Made by a program: the position numbers and the translations under genes. 64,000 bases of DNA from Eledone cirrhosa. Taxonomy: Eukaryota. Position 1 is the first letter of the stretch; each line of letters opens with the position of its first letter. Below the pieces are notes generated by a model. That model ran no database searches, had not been told where the DNA came from, and worked only from the letters and a program-made list of their open reading frames with translations. Positions 13,484 through 35,273 of the stretch are shown here, in pieces. The stretch lies in contig OZ024746.1 of assembly GCA_964016885.1 (NCBI GenBank), positions 68,944,001 through 69,008,000 of the forward strand, given 5' to 3'.

Positions 13484-13685
13484 CAGGCAGTATCCGTAGA
13501 GCATCGGACAATATGCTATATAGCGTAGAGTTATGATTCTTTATGTTCTGAGTTCAAATCCTGCCGAGGTTAACTTTGCCTTTCATCCTTACAGGGTCGA
13601 TAAAATAAAGTATCAGCAACATACTGGAGTCGATTTAATTGACTTTGCCCTCCCCTTCAAACTGCTGGCCTTGTGTCAGATGTAG
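13484..13685 (+). mobile_element. tRNA-derived SINE
   Basis: B box gagttcaaatcc and the same central domain. Confidence 0.85.
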
Positions 13686-13755
13686 TTCGTATAATGAAAT
13701 GGTCATTAATCAATTAAAGAGTAAAAATTAACAAGGATTTAAATCCACATAAAAA

Positions 13756-13808
<53 letters not shown>

Positions 13809-13895
13809 GTGGACTTCTGTAGAGTTTCTGTTAACCAAATTTTACCCACAAGGCATTATTAACCAAATTTTAGCTTAATACTATTGTCAAAAGTG

Positions 13896-14030
13896 AATAG
13901 CCGAGTTATCAACATAATCCCATCACAAATAAATGGTTGAGTTATCAATATAATCCCATAAGAAATGTATAGCAAATTAACCACATAATCCCATGAGAAA
14001 TATAGAGCAAGTTAACCACATAATCTCATG
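13896..14030. repeat. Degenerate tandem repeat of about 35 bp, 4 copies
   Basis: Recurring gtta.c.acataatcccat..gaaat. Confidence 0.75.
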
Positions 14031-14360
14031 GCAACTACAATGTTTTTAAAATAAAATAATACATGCAGTTGCCATTTTTAACATCTGTCAAGAAAACAAA
14101 CACATCACTGATGTTGTTGTTTAGCCCCAGGGCAGCCCTGATCCAATAGAGAGATCTATGATAATTCCCATCCAGCCCATGCTACCATGGAAAAGTCAAT
14201 GTAAAAACAATGATGATGATGATATTCCATTTTTCTTGGGCCAAGATTGAATATGGATAAATCTTCTTCAGCATTAATATTTTACTTCATTCTGGTAAAG
14301 ACAATTATATTTCATAGATGGATGTATGAAAAAATTCTACTGATGAGTAATAATAGTAAT

Positions 14361-14649
14361 TTAACCCTTTAGTATTTACATTAATCTATAAAATAAAGTA
14401 CCAGTAATGCACTGGGTAATTGCTGGCCTTGTGCCTAAAATAGAAACAAGTATTTACATTAATCTATGTATACTATTATATTTTTGTGGTAATTATCTCA
14501 TATAATATCGAATCTATGAGATTTTGATATTATTTATTTCAATAACAATACCTTAACATCAGTATGAGTGGCCAGTTACAGCCAGTTTGAACAGATAGAG
14601 GTGAGAGAATTCTGGCCAGATATGGCCAGTTTAAATGTTAAAGGGTTAA
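14361..14649 (-). mobile_element. MITE family A interrupted by a SINE 3' fragment (14390-14448) with 19-bp TSD
   Basis: TTAA-ccctttag ... taaaggg-TTAA; agtatttacattaatctat repeated at 14371-14389 and 14449-14467. Confidence 0.88.
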
Positions 14650-14820
14650 TATTTCATAGATGGATAGATGGATGTATGGAAAAATTCTACTGACGAGTAG
14701 TAATACCAGTTTAATATTTCATAGAAGAAGAGATGGATGAAGGAAGGAATTCTATTGATGAATAATTTAATAAGAGACTACACTCAACATGTCAAGAAAA
14801 AGACATTGAGTGTACAACTA

Positions 14821-15009
14821 ATAATTGTTTCTATTTTTAGCACAAGGCCAGCAATTACCCCAGTGCATTACTGGTACTTTATTTTATCGATCCCGTAAGG
14901 ATGAAAGGCAAAGCTAGCCTCGACGGGATTTGAACTCAGATCATAAAGGGCCATAACTATGCTACAAAGCATGGTGTCTGACGCTCTACTGATACTGCTG
15001 ATCCACACC
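14821..15009 (-). mobile_element. tRNA-derived SINE
   Basis: Reverse complement of 1403-1590. Confidence 0.88.
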
Positions 15010-15423
15010 TGTAGTTGTTGGTTGACTTATTAGAACCAGCAACCAAACCTCCCTTAAACTACATTATATGGAGTCTCAAACATGTGGCCCACAAACTAAT
15101 TTTCTATGACCTGCAGCAAAACAATTTTCATGGCAAATTAATGAAAATGTGTTCCCCTACAATTTGTACTAGCTATTTGTCCTAACACATATCTATATAT
15201 AGATATTTGTCCTAAATAACACATCTACATATTGTCCCAAATAACATATAGAGCTAACCTATTTATATAATTGTTTTTCTTTTCCTTCAGTTGTCCTATT
15301 CATTTCTGTCTGACTTTCACAGAAAAATCTAATTTCCTCTCTTCAATGTTTTTCTTTGATTATGTGTGCATGTGTGCTGACATATGGGTCAGTATATACA
15401 TGTGTGCATGTATGTCAGTGATA

Positions 15424-15475
<52 letters not shown>

Positions 15476-15811
15476 CCGTGTATAGATGTGTGTATGTGTG
15501 TGTATAAATGTGTGTATGTGTGTATGTGTGTGTTTATTTGCCTACTATTTGTCAATTTCCTTTTCCTCTTCAGAATTCACTATGTTCATCAAATGCTCCT
15601 TTGTTTTCAAAAGAAATATTTTCTGTTGTACAATTGTTGATTTATAAATTTTTTTTTCTTTTTATGTAAAGAATAGAAAGTCTAAAAAAACAGTTAGTGT
15701 GTGTATTCACAGCAATCTGCTCTCCTTTTCTTTATCTAAAACATTACCAAATATATCTTCTCCATGACATCTTTAACATTTTACTACAAAAAATACTGCT
15801 ATGAGACTTAT

Positions 15812-16348
15812 GTACACACTGTAATGTAATTGGTGTGAGGAAGGACATCCAGCCATAGAAACTGTGTTCCCAGTACACACTGTAAAGTGGTTGGTATTAG
15901 GAAACATTCAGCCATAGAAATTATGCTCCCAGTACATACTGTAAAGTGGTTGGTGTTGGGAAGAACATCCAGCCATAGAAACCATGCTCCCAGTACATAC
16001 TGTAAAGTGGTTGGTGTTGGGAAGAACATCCAGCCATAGAAACCATGCTCCCAGTACATACTGTAAAGTGGTTGGTGTTGGGAAGAACATCCAGCCATAG
16101 AAACCATGCTCCCAGTACATACTGTAAAGTGGTTGGTGTTGGGAAGAACATCCAGCCATAGAAACCATGCTCCCAGTACATACTGTAAAGTGGTTGGTGT
16201 TGGGAAGAACATCCAGCCATAGAAACCATGCTCCCAGTACATACTGTAAAGTGGTTGGTGTTGGGAAGAACATCCAGCCATAGAAACCATGCTCCCAGTA
16301 CATACTATAAAGTGGTTGGTGTTGGGAAGAACATCCAGCCATAGAAAC
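15812..16348. repeat. 61-bp minisatellite, about 9 copies, derived from the RTE 5' UTR motif
   Basis: Unit cccagtacatactgtaaagtggttggtgttgggaagaacatccagccatagaaaccatgct, versus RTE 5' UTR cccagtccatgctgtaaagtggcgctggtgttaggaagggcatccaacca. Confidence 0.93.
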
Positions 16349-16449
16349 GATGCAAAAATAAAGCATGCTAGCTGATCAACAGCAAAACGCATGTCACCAC
16401 TCATTATACGTAATGAAGACATAACAAATCGTCCTTTTATTATTATTTA

Positions 16450-17740
16450 TATATTTATACATATATATACACACACACACATATGTATATACACACATAT
16501 ATACACACACATATATATACACAGACATATATATATACACACACATATATACACACACATATATATACACAGATATATATATACACACATATATATATAC
16601 ACACATATATATATACACACATATATATATACACACATATATATATACACACATATATATATACACACATATATATATACACACATATATGTATACACAC
16701 ATATATGTATACACACATATATGTATACACACATATATGTATACACACATATATGTATACACACATATATGTATACACATATATGTATACACACATATAT
16801 GTATACACACATATATGTATACACACATATATGTATACACACATATATGTATACACACATATATATATACACACATATATGTATACACACATATATATAT
16901 ACACACATATATATATATACACACATATATATACACACATATATATATACACATATATATATATATACACATATATATATATATACACATATATATATAT
17001 ATACACATATATATATACACATATATATACACACATATATATACACATATATATACACACATATATACACACATATATATACACACATATATACACACAT
17101 ATATACACATATATATACACACATATATATATACACATATATATATACACATATATATATACACATATATATATACATATATATATATATACACATATAT
17201 ATATACATATATATATATATACACATATATATATATACACATATATATATACACATATATATATATACACATATATATATATACACATATATATATATAC
17301 ACATATATATATATATACACATATATATATATACACATATATATATATATACACATATATATATATACACATATATATATATATACACATATATATATAT
17401 ACACATATATATATATACACATATATATATATACACATATATATATATACACATATATATATATACACATATATATATATACACATATATATATATACAC
17501 ATATATATATACACATATATATATATACACATATATATATACACACACATATATATACACACACATATATATACACACACACATATATATACACATATAT
17601 ATATATACACACATATATATACACATATATATACACACATATATATATACACATATATATACACATATATATATATACACATATATATACACATATATAT
17701 ACACACACATATATATACACACATATATATACACATATAT
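16450..17740. repeat. Compound (TA)n/(CA)n array
   Basis: Seen directly; continuous with the RTE (ATC)n tail. Confidence 0.97.
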
Positions 17741-20037
17741 ATCATCATCATCATCATCATCAACGTTTAACGTCCGTGTTCCACGCTTGCATGGGTTTGG
17801 ACGGGGGTAGTCCCACTTGAGGCAAGAGTGATTGTCTTGCTCGCATAGGACTGTCTGGCAGGTTTTCTACAGTTGGATGCCCTTCCTAACACCAACCACA
17901 TTTACAGTGTGGGTCTGGGAGGTTTTTACCGTGTTGCCTACACGGCCACATTACAGCGTGGACTGTGTGTTTTTTTGTCGTGACACCTACACGATCTCAT
18001 TTGTTTCGGCCTGGATGGCGCGGCACCAGCATAACTTTACATAGAACGGGGTGGTGTGGATGGGGTGGGGGTGGTGGCGGGACGGGGTGTGTTTTGTTAG
18101 AGATGCCTACTGGCAAGGCGGGTCTTCTCTGTTACTGAGTACCGCCAAAGGTCTCGGTCCAGTGACATTGTCTTGGAGAGATGTAAGTGTGTGAGGTCGG
18201 AGTTTATCAGCTCGTCCCAGGTTTTTCTAGGTCTGCCTATTCCATGGCTACCGTCTATCTTTATTGCCCTGTACTTTGTTATACAGCTATCGACTTTCAT
18301 GCGCATCATGTGTCCATACCAACGTAGCCTTCTCTCGAGTAAACAACATCTGATCCCTCTTATCTCTAATTTTTTCCTTAGTTCGTTTATGCTTTGCCGT
18401 TCACGTATATTACTGTTACACATCCAGCGGAGCATGCAAGCTTCGTTCCTCTCTAGTCTGCGTATATCCTCTGCACACAATGCCCAGGTCTCACTGCCAT
18501 GCAACATTGCTGTTCGTATGCAGGCATCGTATAACCTGCCTTTCATTTTTAGGGAGAACCCTTTAGCAGCTAATAGTGGTATAAGCTCTCTGAACCTTTT
18601 CCAACCAGTTCTGACTCTAGCTACTGTACTTTCAGAGCACCCTCCCCCACTGCTGATTTTATCGCCCAGGTAACGGAAGCTGTCCACTATTTCTATAGAA
18701 CCCTCTGCGCAATTGAAAGAGCTAGTATTTTGTGGGCACTTGCTGCTACTTATTGCACCAGAACACCGGCCACATGTAAAATCTATGTTCTTAGTTAGCT
18801 TACCTGTGATCCCACTACATCTTTTATGCACCCATACTTTGCATTTAGGACATAAAATGGAGTTTCTACCTACGCCTTTCCTACACACCGAGCACGACCA
18901 TTTCCCAAAAGGGACCGCCGCCTTGTTTTCTTTCCTACAAACTAGAACTTTAGTCTTAGCCAGGTTAATTTTAAGTCCTTTTGACTCTAGGCCGTGCTTC
19001 CATGTTTGGAATTTCTTCTCTAGCTCGGCCATTGATTCCGCTATGAGTGTCAGGTCGTCTGCGTATAGGAGTTCCCATGGGCAGCCGGTCTTGAACTCCT
19101 CTGTTATAGCCTGAAGGGCAATAATAAATAGTAGGGGGCTGAGAACAGAGCCCTGATGGACGCCAACTTTTACGCTAAACTCTTCACTATATTCGTTGTT
19201 AATTCTAACCTTGCTGACTGTTTCTTTATACATGGCTTGTATAGCCCTCACAAGCCATTCGTCAACGCCTATTTTTCTAAGAGCCCACCAGATAATGGAG
19301 CGGGGGACTCTATCGAAGGCTTTCTCCAAGTCGACAAAAGCTAAGTAGAGGGGTTTACCTTTAGCTAGGTACTTCTCCTGTAGTTGTCGTAGTATGAAAA
19401 GAGCGTCTGTGGTACTTTTGCCTGACACAAACCCGAACTGCATTTCATCTAGGTCAATTCTCTCTCTGATTAGTTGCGCTATTACTTTTTCCGTGACCTT
19501 CATGACCTGGTCGATTAATTTAATGCCTCTATAGTTACTCCTATCTAGGGCGTCTCCATTACCCTTATAACAGTTAACGATGATGCTGCTATGCCAGTCC
19601 TTCGGAACAACCCCATTCTGTACGACTTGGTTAACTATGCGAGTGACCATGGTGTGTCCCACCGTGCCAGATGCCTTCAGCATCTCAGCAACTATTTCCG
19701 AAGGCCCAGCCGCCTTACCCGTCTTCATATCCTTGATTGCCTTACTTATTATACTCCCCTCGACTAACACTGCTAGTCCCTCTATTGGGTCGATATGGGG
19801 GAGACTGTCTTTCTCCCATTTATTCTCCTCATTTAGTAGCCTTTCATAGTGACACTTCCAAGCTACCTTCTTATCAGCATCGGTGATGGCAAGTATGCCA
19901 TCATCGTTAAGTACACACTTCTCCCCGACAATATCACGGTTTTCCTTGACGCATTGCCTAGCAATCCTGAACACCTCACGTTTTTGGTCATCGCGTTGTA
20001 GAACATGCTTGAACTCGTTTTTGGTCATCGCATTGTA
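17741..20037 (-). mobile_element. 5'-truncated RTE LINE of a second subfamily: RT + PHD-like finger open over 18097-20037, about 340-nt 3' UTR, (ATG)n tail
   Basis: Translation from [14 protein letters not shown] to KTRLASRHL* aligns with the 37332 ORF (YADD, CSVC...CPKC..WVHKRC...CGRC). The N-terminal part of the listed 1089-aa ORF is microsatellite read-through. Confidence 0.95.
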
Positions 20038-28963
<8,926 letters not shown>

Positions 28964-29920
28964 ACTAGACATGAAAAATGCGCAAGCTCAAAAGTGCCAC
29001 AGAATGTTATAATAAACCTTCAAAAGTGTGGGACTAGAGTTGTTGCTAAAAAATATTGTAATCATTATATATCGTACATTCTGTGGCATCCTTTATAAAA
29101 ATAGCTTAAACCAACGAAGCCTTTATTTTTACGCTATTTCACTTAGTTAATTCTTAGAGTGTAACATATAAAAATATGATTTACAACTATAAAATAAATT
29201 AATTAATATAATAACAGAGCTGCGGAGCTGAAATTTAGGAAATAATGGAGTATCGGATCCTGAGTTGGAGCCAGTCAATTTTTGGCCGACTCCGCAGCCC
29301 TGTATAATACATTTCATATTAAAGTTATTAATAAACCTATTTTACACTTCATGCAAATTACCACGAGATATTGATATTAGATATAAGATACAGCGCAATA
29401 TCTACAGCTGTAAAAGTACGAAAGCGAAGTAATAATAAGTGGCTTAAGGTAATTCCAATATGAAAGTTTGTAGTGATAAAAATTTGATAATGCAATACGA
29501 TTGTTAATATTATAGTTCTATGAAAATGTAACAATAGATAACTAAATTAGTTAACTATTAGTATATTTAAGAAATTATCATTATAGATTTGATCGTTCAT
29601 ATAAGCATCATATTAAGTTTCAACACAATTATTTTGTTACTATGAGTATATGATAATAATATTACGTAATTATTTATAGCTGTTATTACATTAAACATAG
29701 ATGTATTTATTTTTATATGTTACACTCTAAGAATTAACTAAGTGAAATAGCGTAAAAATAAAGGCTTCGTTGGTTTAAGCTATTTTTATAAAGGATGCCA
29801 CAGAATGTACGATATATAATGATTACAATATTTTTTAGCAACAACTCTAGTCCCACACTTTTGAAGGTTTATTATAACATTCTGTGGCACTTTTGAGCTT
29901 GCGCATTTTTCATGTCTAGT
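28964..29920. mobile_element. Foldback/MITE-like element with 213-bp terminal inverted repeats (28964-29176 and 29708-29920)
   Basis: Arms read as exact reverse complements starting ACTAGACATG. 531-bp AT-rich spacer. Each arm has an internal 13-bp inverted repeat TGCCACAGAATGT/ACATTCTGTGGCA. Confidence 0.8.
29215..29302. mobile_element. 88-bp hAT-type MITE
   Basis: TIRs CAGAGCTGCGGAG / CTCCGCAGCCCTG; 8-bp flanks TATAATAA and TATAATAC (7/8 TSD match). Confidence 0.75.
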
Positions 29921-30997
29921 TTAATATTTTTTTAAGGCAACGCTTGTAATAACTCTAGTTAAACAGGATATATATTAATAATAAATTATCGTTGTAATGT
30001 AATTAGATTATGTAATTGTTATTATAAATTATCTTATAAATATTAGTGTAAGATGTATAAAAATATTTTCAGACTTTTAATATAAACAACTACAAAAAAC
30101 AATCAATATTAAATCAATATATTATACATAATAGAAAACATAAAATATACAATACAAAAACAAAATATTTACATACAATTGCAATTATCAGTGTATATAC
30201 ATTTTCTTTATATTCCCTGAGCAAATTAATAAGATTTGTTTTTATTGTACATAATTTGATGACTTGTTGGAGTGTATTAAAAGATAGCAACAATTTGTGA
30301 TTAAATTGTTATCTTAAGCAACTCACTTTTTATAGTTGTTGGCTGAGCGAAATTGTAAAAGCCTATGAGCAAATATAAAAAAAAATACACAAACAACATT
30401 TCCTTGTGTTATTACAACATTAGATAAAATAATTGAGCAATGTCGTTATATTTTGCTCTTATTGCACATTAATAGTGTTTCTATTTTTCGGCACAAATCC
30501 ATTACGGCAGTCCATTACTGGTACTTTATTTTATCGAATTAGTAAGTATGAAAGTCGAAGTTAACCTCGGCAGGATTTGAACTTAGAATGCAAAGGACCA
30601 TAACAATACTGCAAAGCATGGTGTCTGACGCTCTACCAATACTTGTGTTGAGCTGGTCATTAATTTATGGTGGTCGTGCGTGGAGTAGAGCAATCGCTAG
30701 TTGAAATATTATGAACAAAACATTTTTATTTGCCGAAGAACATATTTTCAATACTGTTTGTGAATGTGACGAAGGAAATACATTCTGATATGGAACAGTG
30801 TACAAAGTGTGTCTGTGAATAACATAATGTTACCTCATGTTGTTGTCAAGACATAATGGATTTCGTATATCCAGTTAGAAGATGAAACCTAGCCATCTCG
30901 GATTAGTTATATTTCATGCCATGTGTAAACGTGTTTGAGGATAGCAAAATATGCGTGTTTCTTGTCTGGAAACTTTCTGCTAAACTGATTGGTTTCA
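29731..30997 (+). repeat. Duplicated block A1, near-identical to 42099-43366
   Basis: Collinear for about 1.27 kb with only a few SNPs and indels, including the same SINE insertion. Confidence 0.93.
30472..30644 (-). mobile_element. tRNA-derived SINE, duplicated at 42843-43015
   Basis: Same family; both copies share private mutations. Confidence 0.85.
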
Positions 30998-31630
30998 GTA
31001 TATATTTAATATAATATTAATATATTTTGTAATATTATTAACTAATTATTATAATTAGCGCTTCAGGCTTTGTCTATATACTGAAACAAATTTGTAAGTC
31101 ATTACCTAATTAAACTCTTTGCTTGAAATGTTATCATTCTTCGTTTAAAATACTAAAGAAATGGAACCAACAATTCAATTTGAAAGTCGTCTAGTGACAG
31201 TGTATTACTGGTACTTAATTTTATCGACCCCGTAACGATGAAAGGCAAAAATGCAAATGCTTAAAATTTAAATTGCCTTAATTCTATCGTCTGCTGTTTC
31301 ATTAAAGGGAGATTCTCGTATGTATTTAATTCTATCGTCTACTGTTCCACTAAACAGATATACCTCCACTATCGTCTCTATTTATACATTTTAACTTATA
31401 ACTTATACACATTTGATTTGAAATATTTTATCTAGTCCCCCCTCTCAATATTATGATGATTTCTTTCGAATGAAACAGTTCTAGTCCTGTAGAAGCCATT
31501 TATATATATAATTGAACCGAGTTAAAAATTCACAATATTTATAATTAAATAAGCTCATATATATATGTGTATTTATCTGTTTATTGTATTATATATAATG
31601 TGTGTATATACAGGATGTCCCCCAAAAATA

Positions 31631-32231
31631 TATACACACTTCAACAGCATTCTAATAACTATTGCCTGTACAGGTAATCAAAGTGTCAATCGAATGTTAG
31701 TTTCGTGTTTTAACAGTACAAATTTACAATACACACATAAAACCAGTGTATATACATACATGAGTGTGTATACACATACATGAATGTGTATATACAATAT
31801 ATATGTATATATATATATATAGACACATATATTCACGGTGCAACGGAACATTAAAATATAGATGCGGGAGAGGGGGGGTCTATATATAGGGGCGCTGGGG
31901 ATAAAGGAGTGTAAAGCGTGTGTAATTGATATATTGAAGGAGAGGAGCGTGCAGCGATAGAGTAACAAATATATAGAGAGAGGGAGAGATTGTATTGAAG
32001 GGGAGGAGTGCAAAGCGAAAGAGTAAGAGATATAAATAGAGACGGAACAGATAGAGAGAAACAGGCGTAAGTAACAGTGGAAGAGATATAGAGAGAGGTA
32101 CTCTGATTGGTTGAAAATTAGCCAATGACATACGATCACCACCACCACGGCTATCCCCGAAAAATTTTTAGAGAAGCTAGGCATATATGTTATGTTAGAA
32201 CACGAAAAGTGAACATTCTGTTGTTTCACAC
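31631..32231 (+). repeat. Duplicated block B1 with GA-rich subrepeats of about 60 bp, copy at 44776-45527
   Basis: Collinear. The second copy has about 140 bp of extra subrepeat. B1 ends in an 18-bp-arm hairpin (32194-32246). Confidence 0.9.
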
Positions 32232-32247
32232 TTTTCGTGTTCTAACA

Positions 32248-33424
<1,177 letters not shown>

Positions 33425-35273
33425 AAAACTAAAAATAAAATATATACACTTAAATGGGAAGTGGTAGGTAGTGCAACATCGTACAAACCACCTGATAAAT
33501 TTTGTAACCTCTGTCTACTAGAGACCCATACTATCATCTTCTCTAAACATAATCTCCTTAATAAAAAATCAGAAGTGTTCGCAAATTGCCAACACCGCTT
33601 CCGACACTCGTTCCAAAACTTTAAACCCTATATATAATAATGTCAGACTGGAACCGGCACCACCCCTAGCAATCACCCCTAGCAATTATCAGTAGCACAC
33701 CTTACACCTCACATCCACACCCATCTCTATACTCTAAAGATAATACTGACAGCATTTTAGTAACACCTACCCTGGGAATACACCCTTGTACCTCTAATAC
33801 TGATATCTCGACCGTGGACTACTTATTCTGCATTGCACAAATATAAGATTAGTATAAATTGGGGACACGGTACTGGTTGCGATAGCATAGTCCTGTGCAT
33901 GGATTACCACCAAGAGATAGATTGATGATTAGATAGATAATCGTATTGTTATGTGAATATATACTGTAAGCGATCAGTTCAATGAATTATGCACGTAATC
34001 ATCTTGATGTGAACTCCTTTAGTACCTATTAATAGACTCCACTCTAGCTTGTAGATGTGATACATAATTGATTTATATTTGAGACGGGGGTTGTCTATTG
34101 CTTGATGGCCAGACTAGTGCATTTATATGAGAGATTGGATCTCCGGACCATACCGAAGATTTACTGGAGATGCAGGCATGCAATGACCCGGAGCCTACCG
34201 GGGGCATATATAATAGTGGGACCATACCAGGTCCTACTGTTATATTACATTTGCATGGAGCAGTGACATGAGAGTCTGACTCCTCTTATAGAACGTTCAG
34301 ATATGACACCCCTTAATTAATGGATGGTAATCATCCTAATATATACACCCTTGTGCTTCTTAATGGACAACTCTCTAACCTATAAATGGGTAACATACTC
34401 TAGATATTAGTTATAACTTCACATGATAGGCACGTATTTGAATCACCATTAATGTAGTTTAGGATAGTAATGTAACTAAGATAACTAGCTAGTTACCTCC
34501 CCTTACGCATTAATTCCCCTTAGTCATTCAGGCACTTCCGGAATCTGGACAGCATGATATATTAATTAAGAACCGACTGGATACGGTTTATAGCTTGACT
34601 ATATGCTGAACCACCGCGAATTATACGATAGACGCGTGTTCTCTATATATATTGCGTCTCATGGATTATGTGAGTGGTGGTGTGAGCAAGGACAGTGGTA
34701 CGGCCTTGCCTACGATACAATAAGGTTTATCGTATGTTGAAAGTTTTTGATATTTTGGTGTTTCCCCGCATCCGAGACTGTATATCATACAGATGTATGA
34801 GAATAAATGACTTAATAATTCAGCCTACATAATAAGATCGATTGCCTGCTTCAACTGCCTGACCCTGCAAATATCATTCTGACGCACTCTAATCATGTAT
34901 AAATAAGACACGCGTGCATGCTACACGGGAGATTGTTTCATACACTGACTACTCTAAGCTTTCCTCTTGCTTTATCTTCATAGACTGCCAACGCTTCATG
35001 TTTATCTTTATTTTCACTCTTGCTTTTATTTTATTTTATTTTATTTTTATCCTGTAACCTTTATATGTAAATTGCCATGCTATATCATTTGATGAATGTC
35101 ACCCCACTGTTGATCAATATGCGCATATGGTTTATGTGTCTCTTGGGTTGAAAAGGAGGTCAAGTATGTTATAGATCAGTAAATAGTTGCTCCGAAGAAT
35201 CCAAACCTCGGTTTGGAGGAAACAATTGTAAGCAAATAAATGACTTAAACTGAACTTTGATTACTGTAATCTC
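33425..35273 (+). mobile_element. 5'-truncated Penelope-like element: GIY-YIG C-terminus, about 1.6-kb 3' region, hammerhead-like motif
   Basis: 33425-33637 encodes LKWEVV...Y.....CNLCLLE...I.......LLNKKSEV...CQH, the CxLC/LNxxxE/CxH tail of Penelope-like GIY-YIG endonucleases (probably Naiad-type). Both ends abut (TA)n arrays. That the whole 3' region belongs to the element is inferred. Confidence 0.75.
35187..35235 (+). ncRNA. Variant minimal type I hammerhead ribozyme
   Basis: Stem I TTGCT/AGCAA; core CCGAAGA (U4C variant); stem II TCCAAAC(C)/(G)GTTTGGA; GAAA; palindromic stem III ACAATTGT; cleavage triplet GUA. Confidence 0.7.

Noticed and set aside
15808-16422. CRISPR-like array or repeat protein
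   Set aside because: Head-to-tail identical units with no unique spacers, no cas genes, eukaryotic context.
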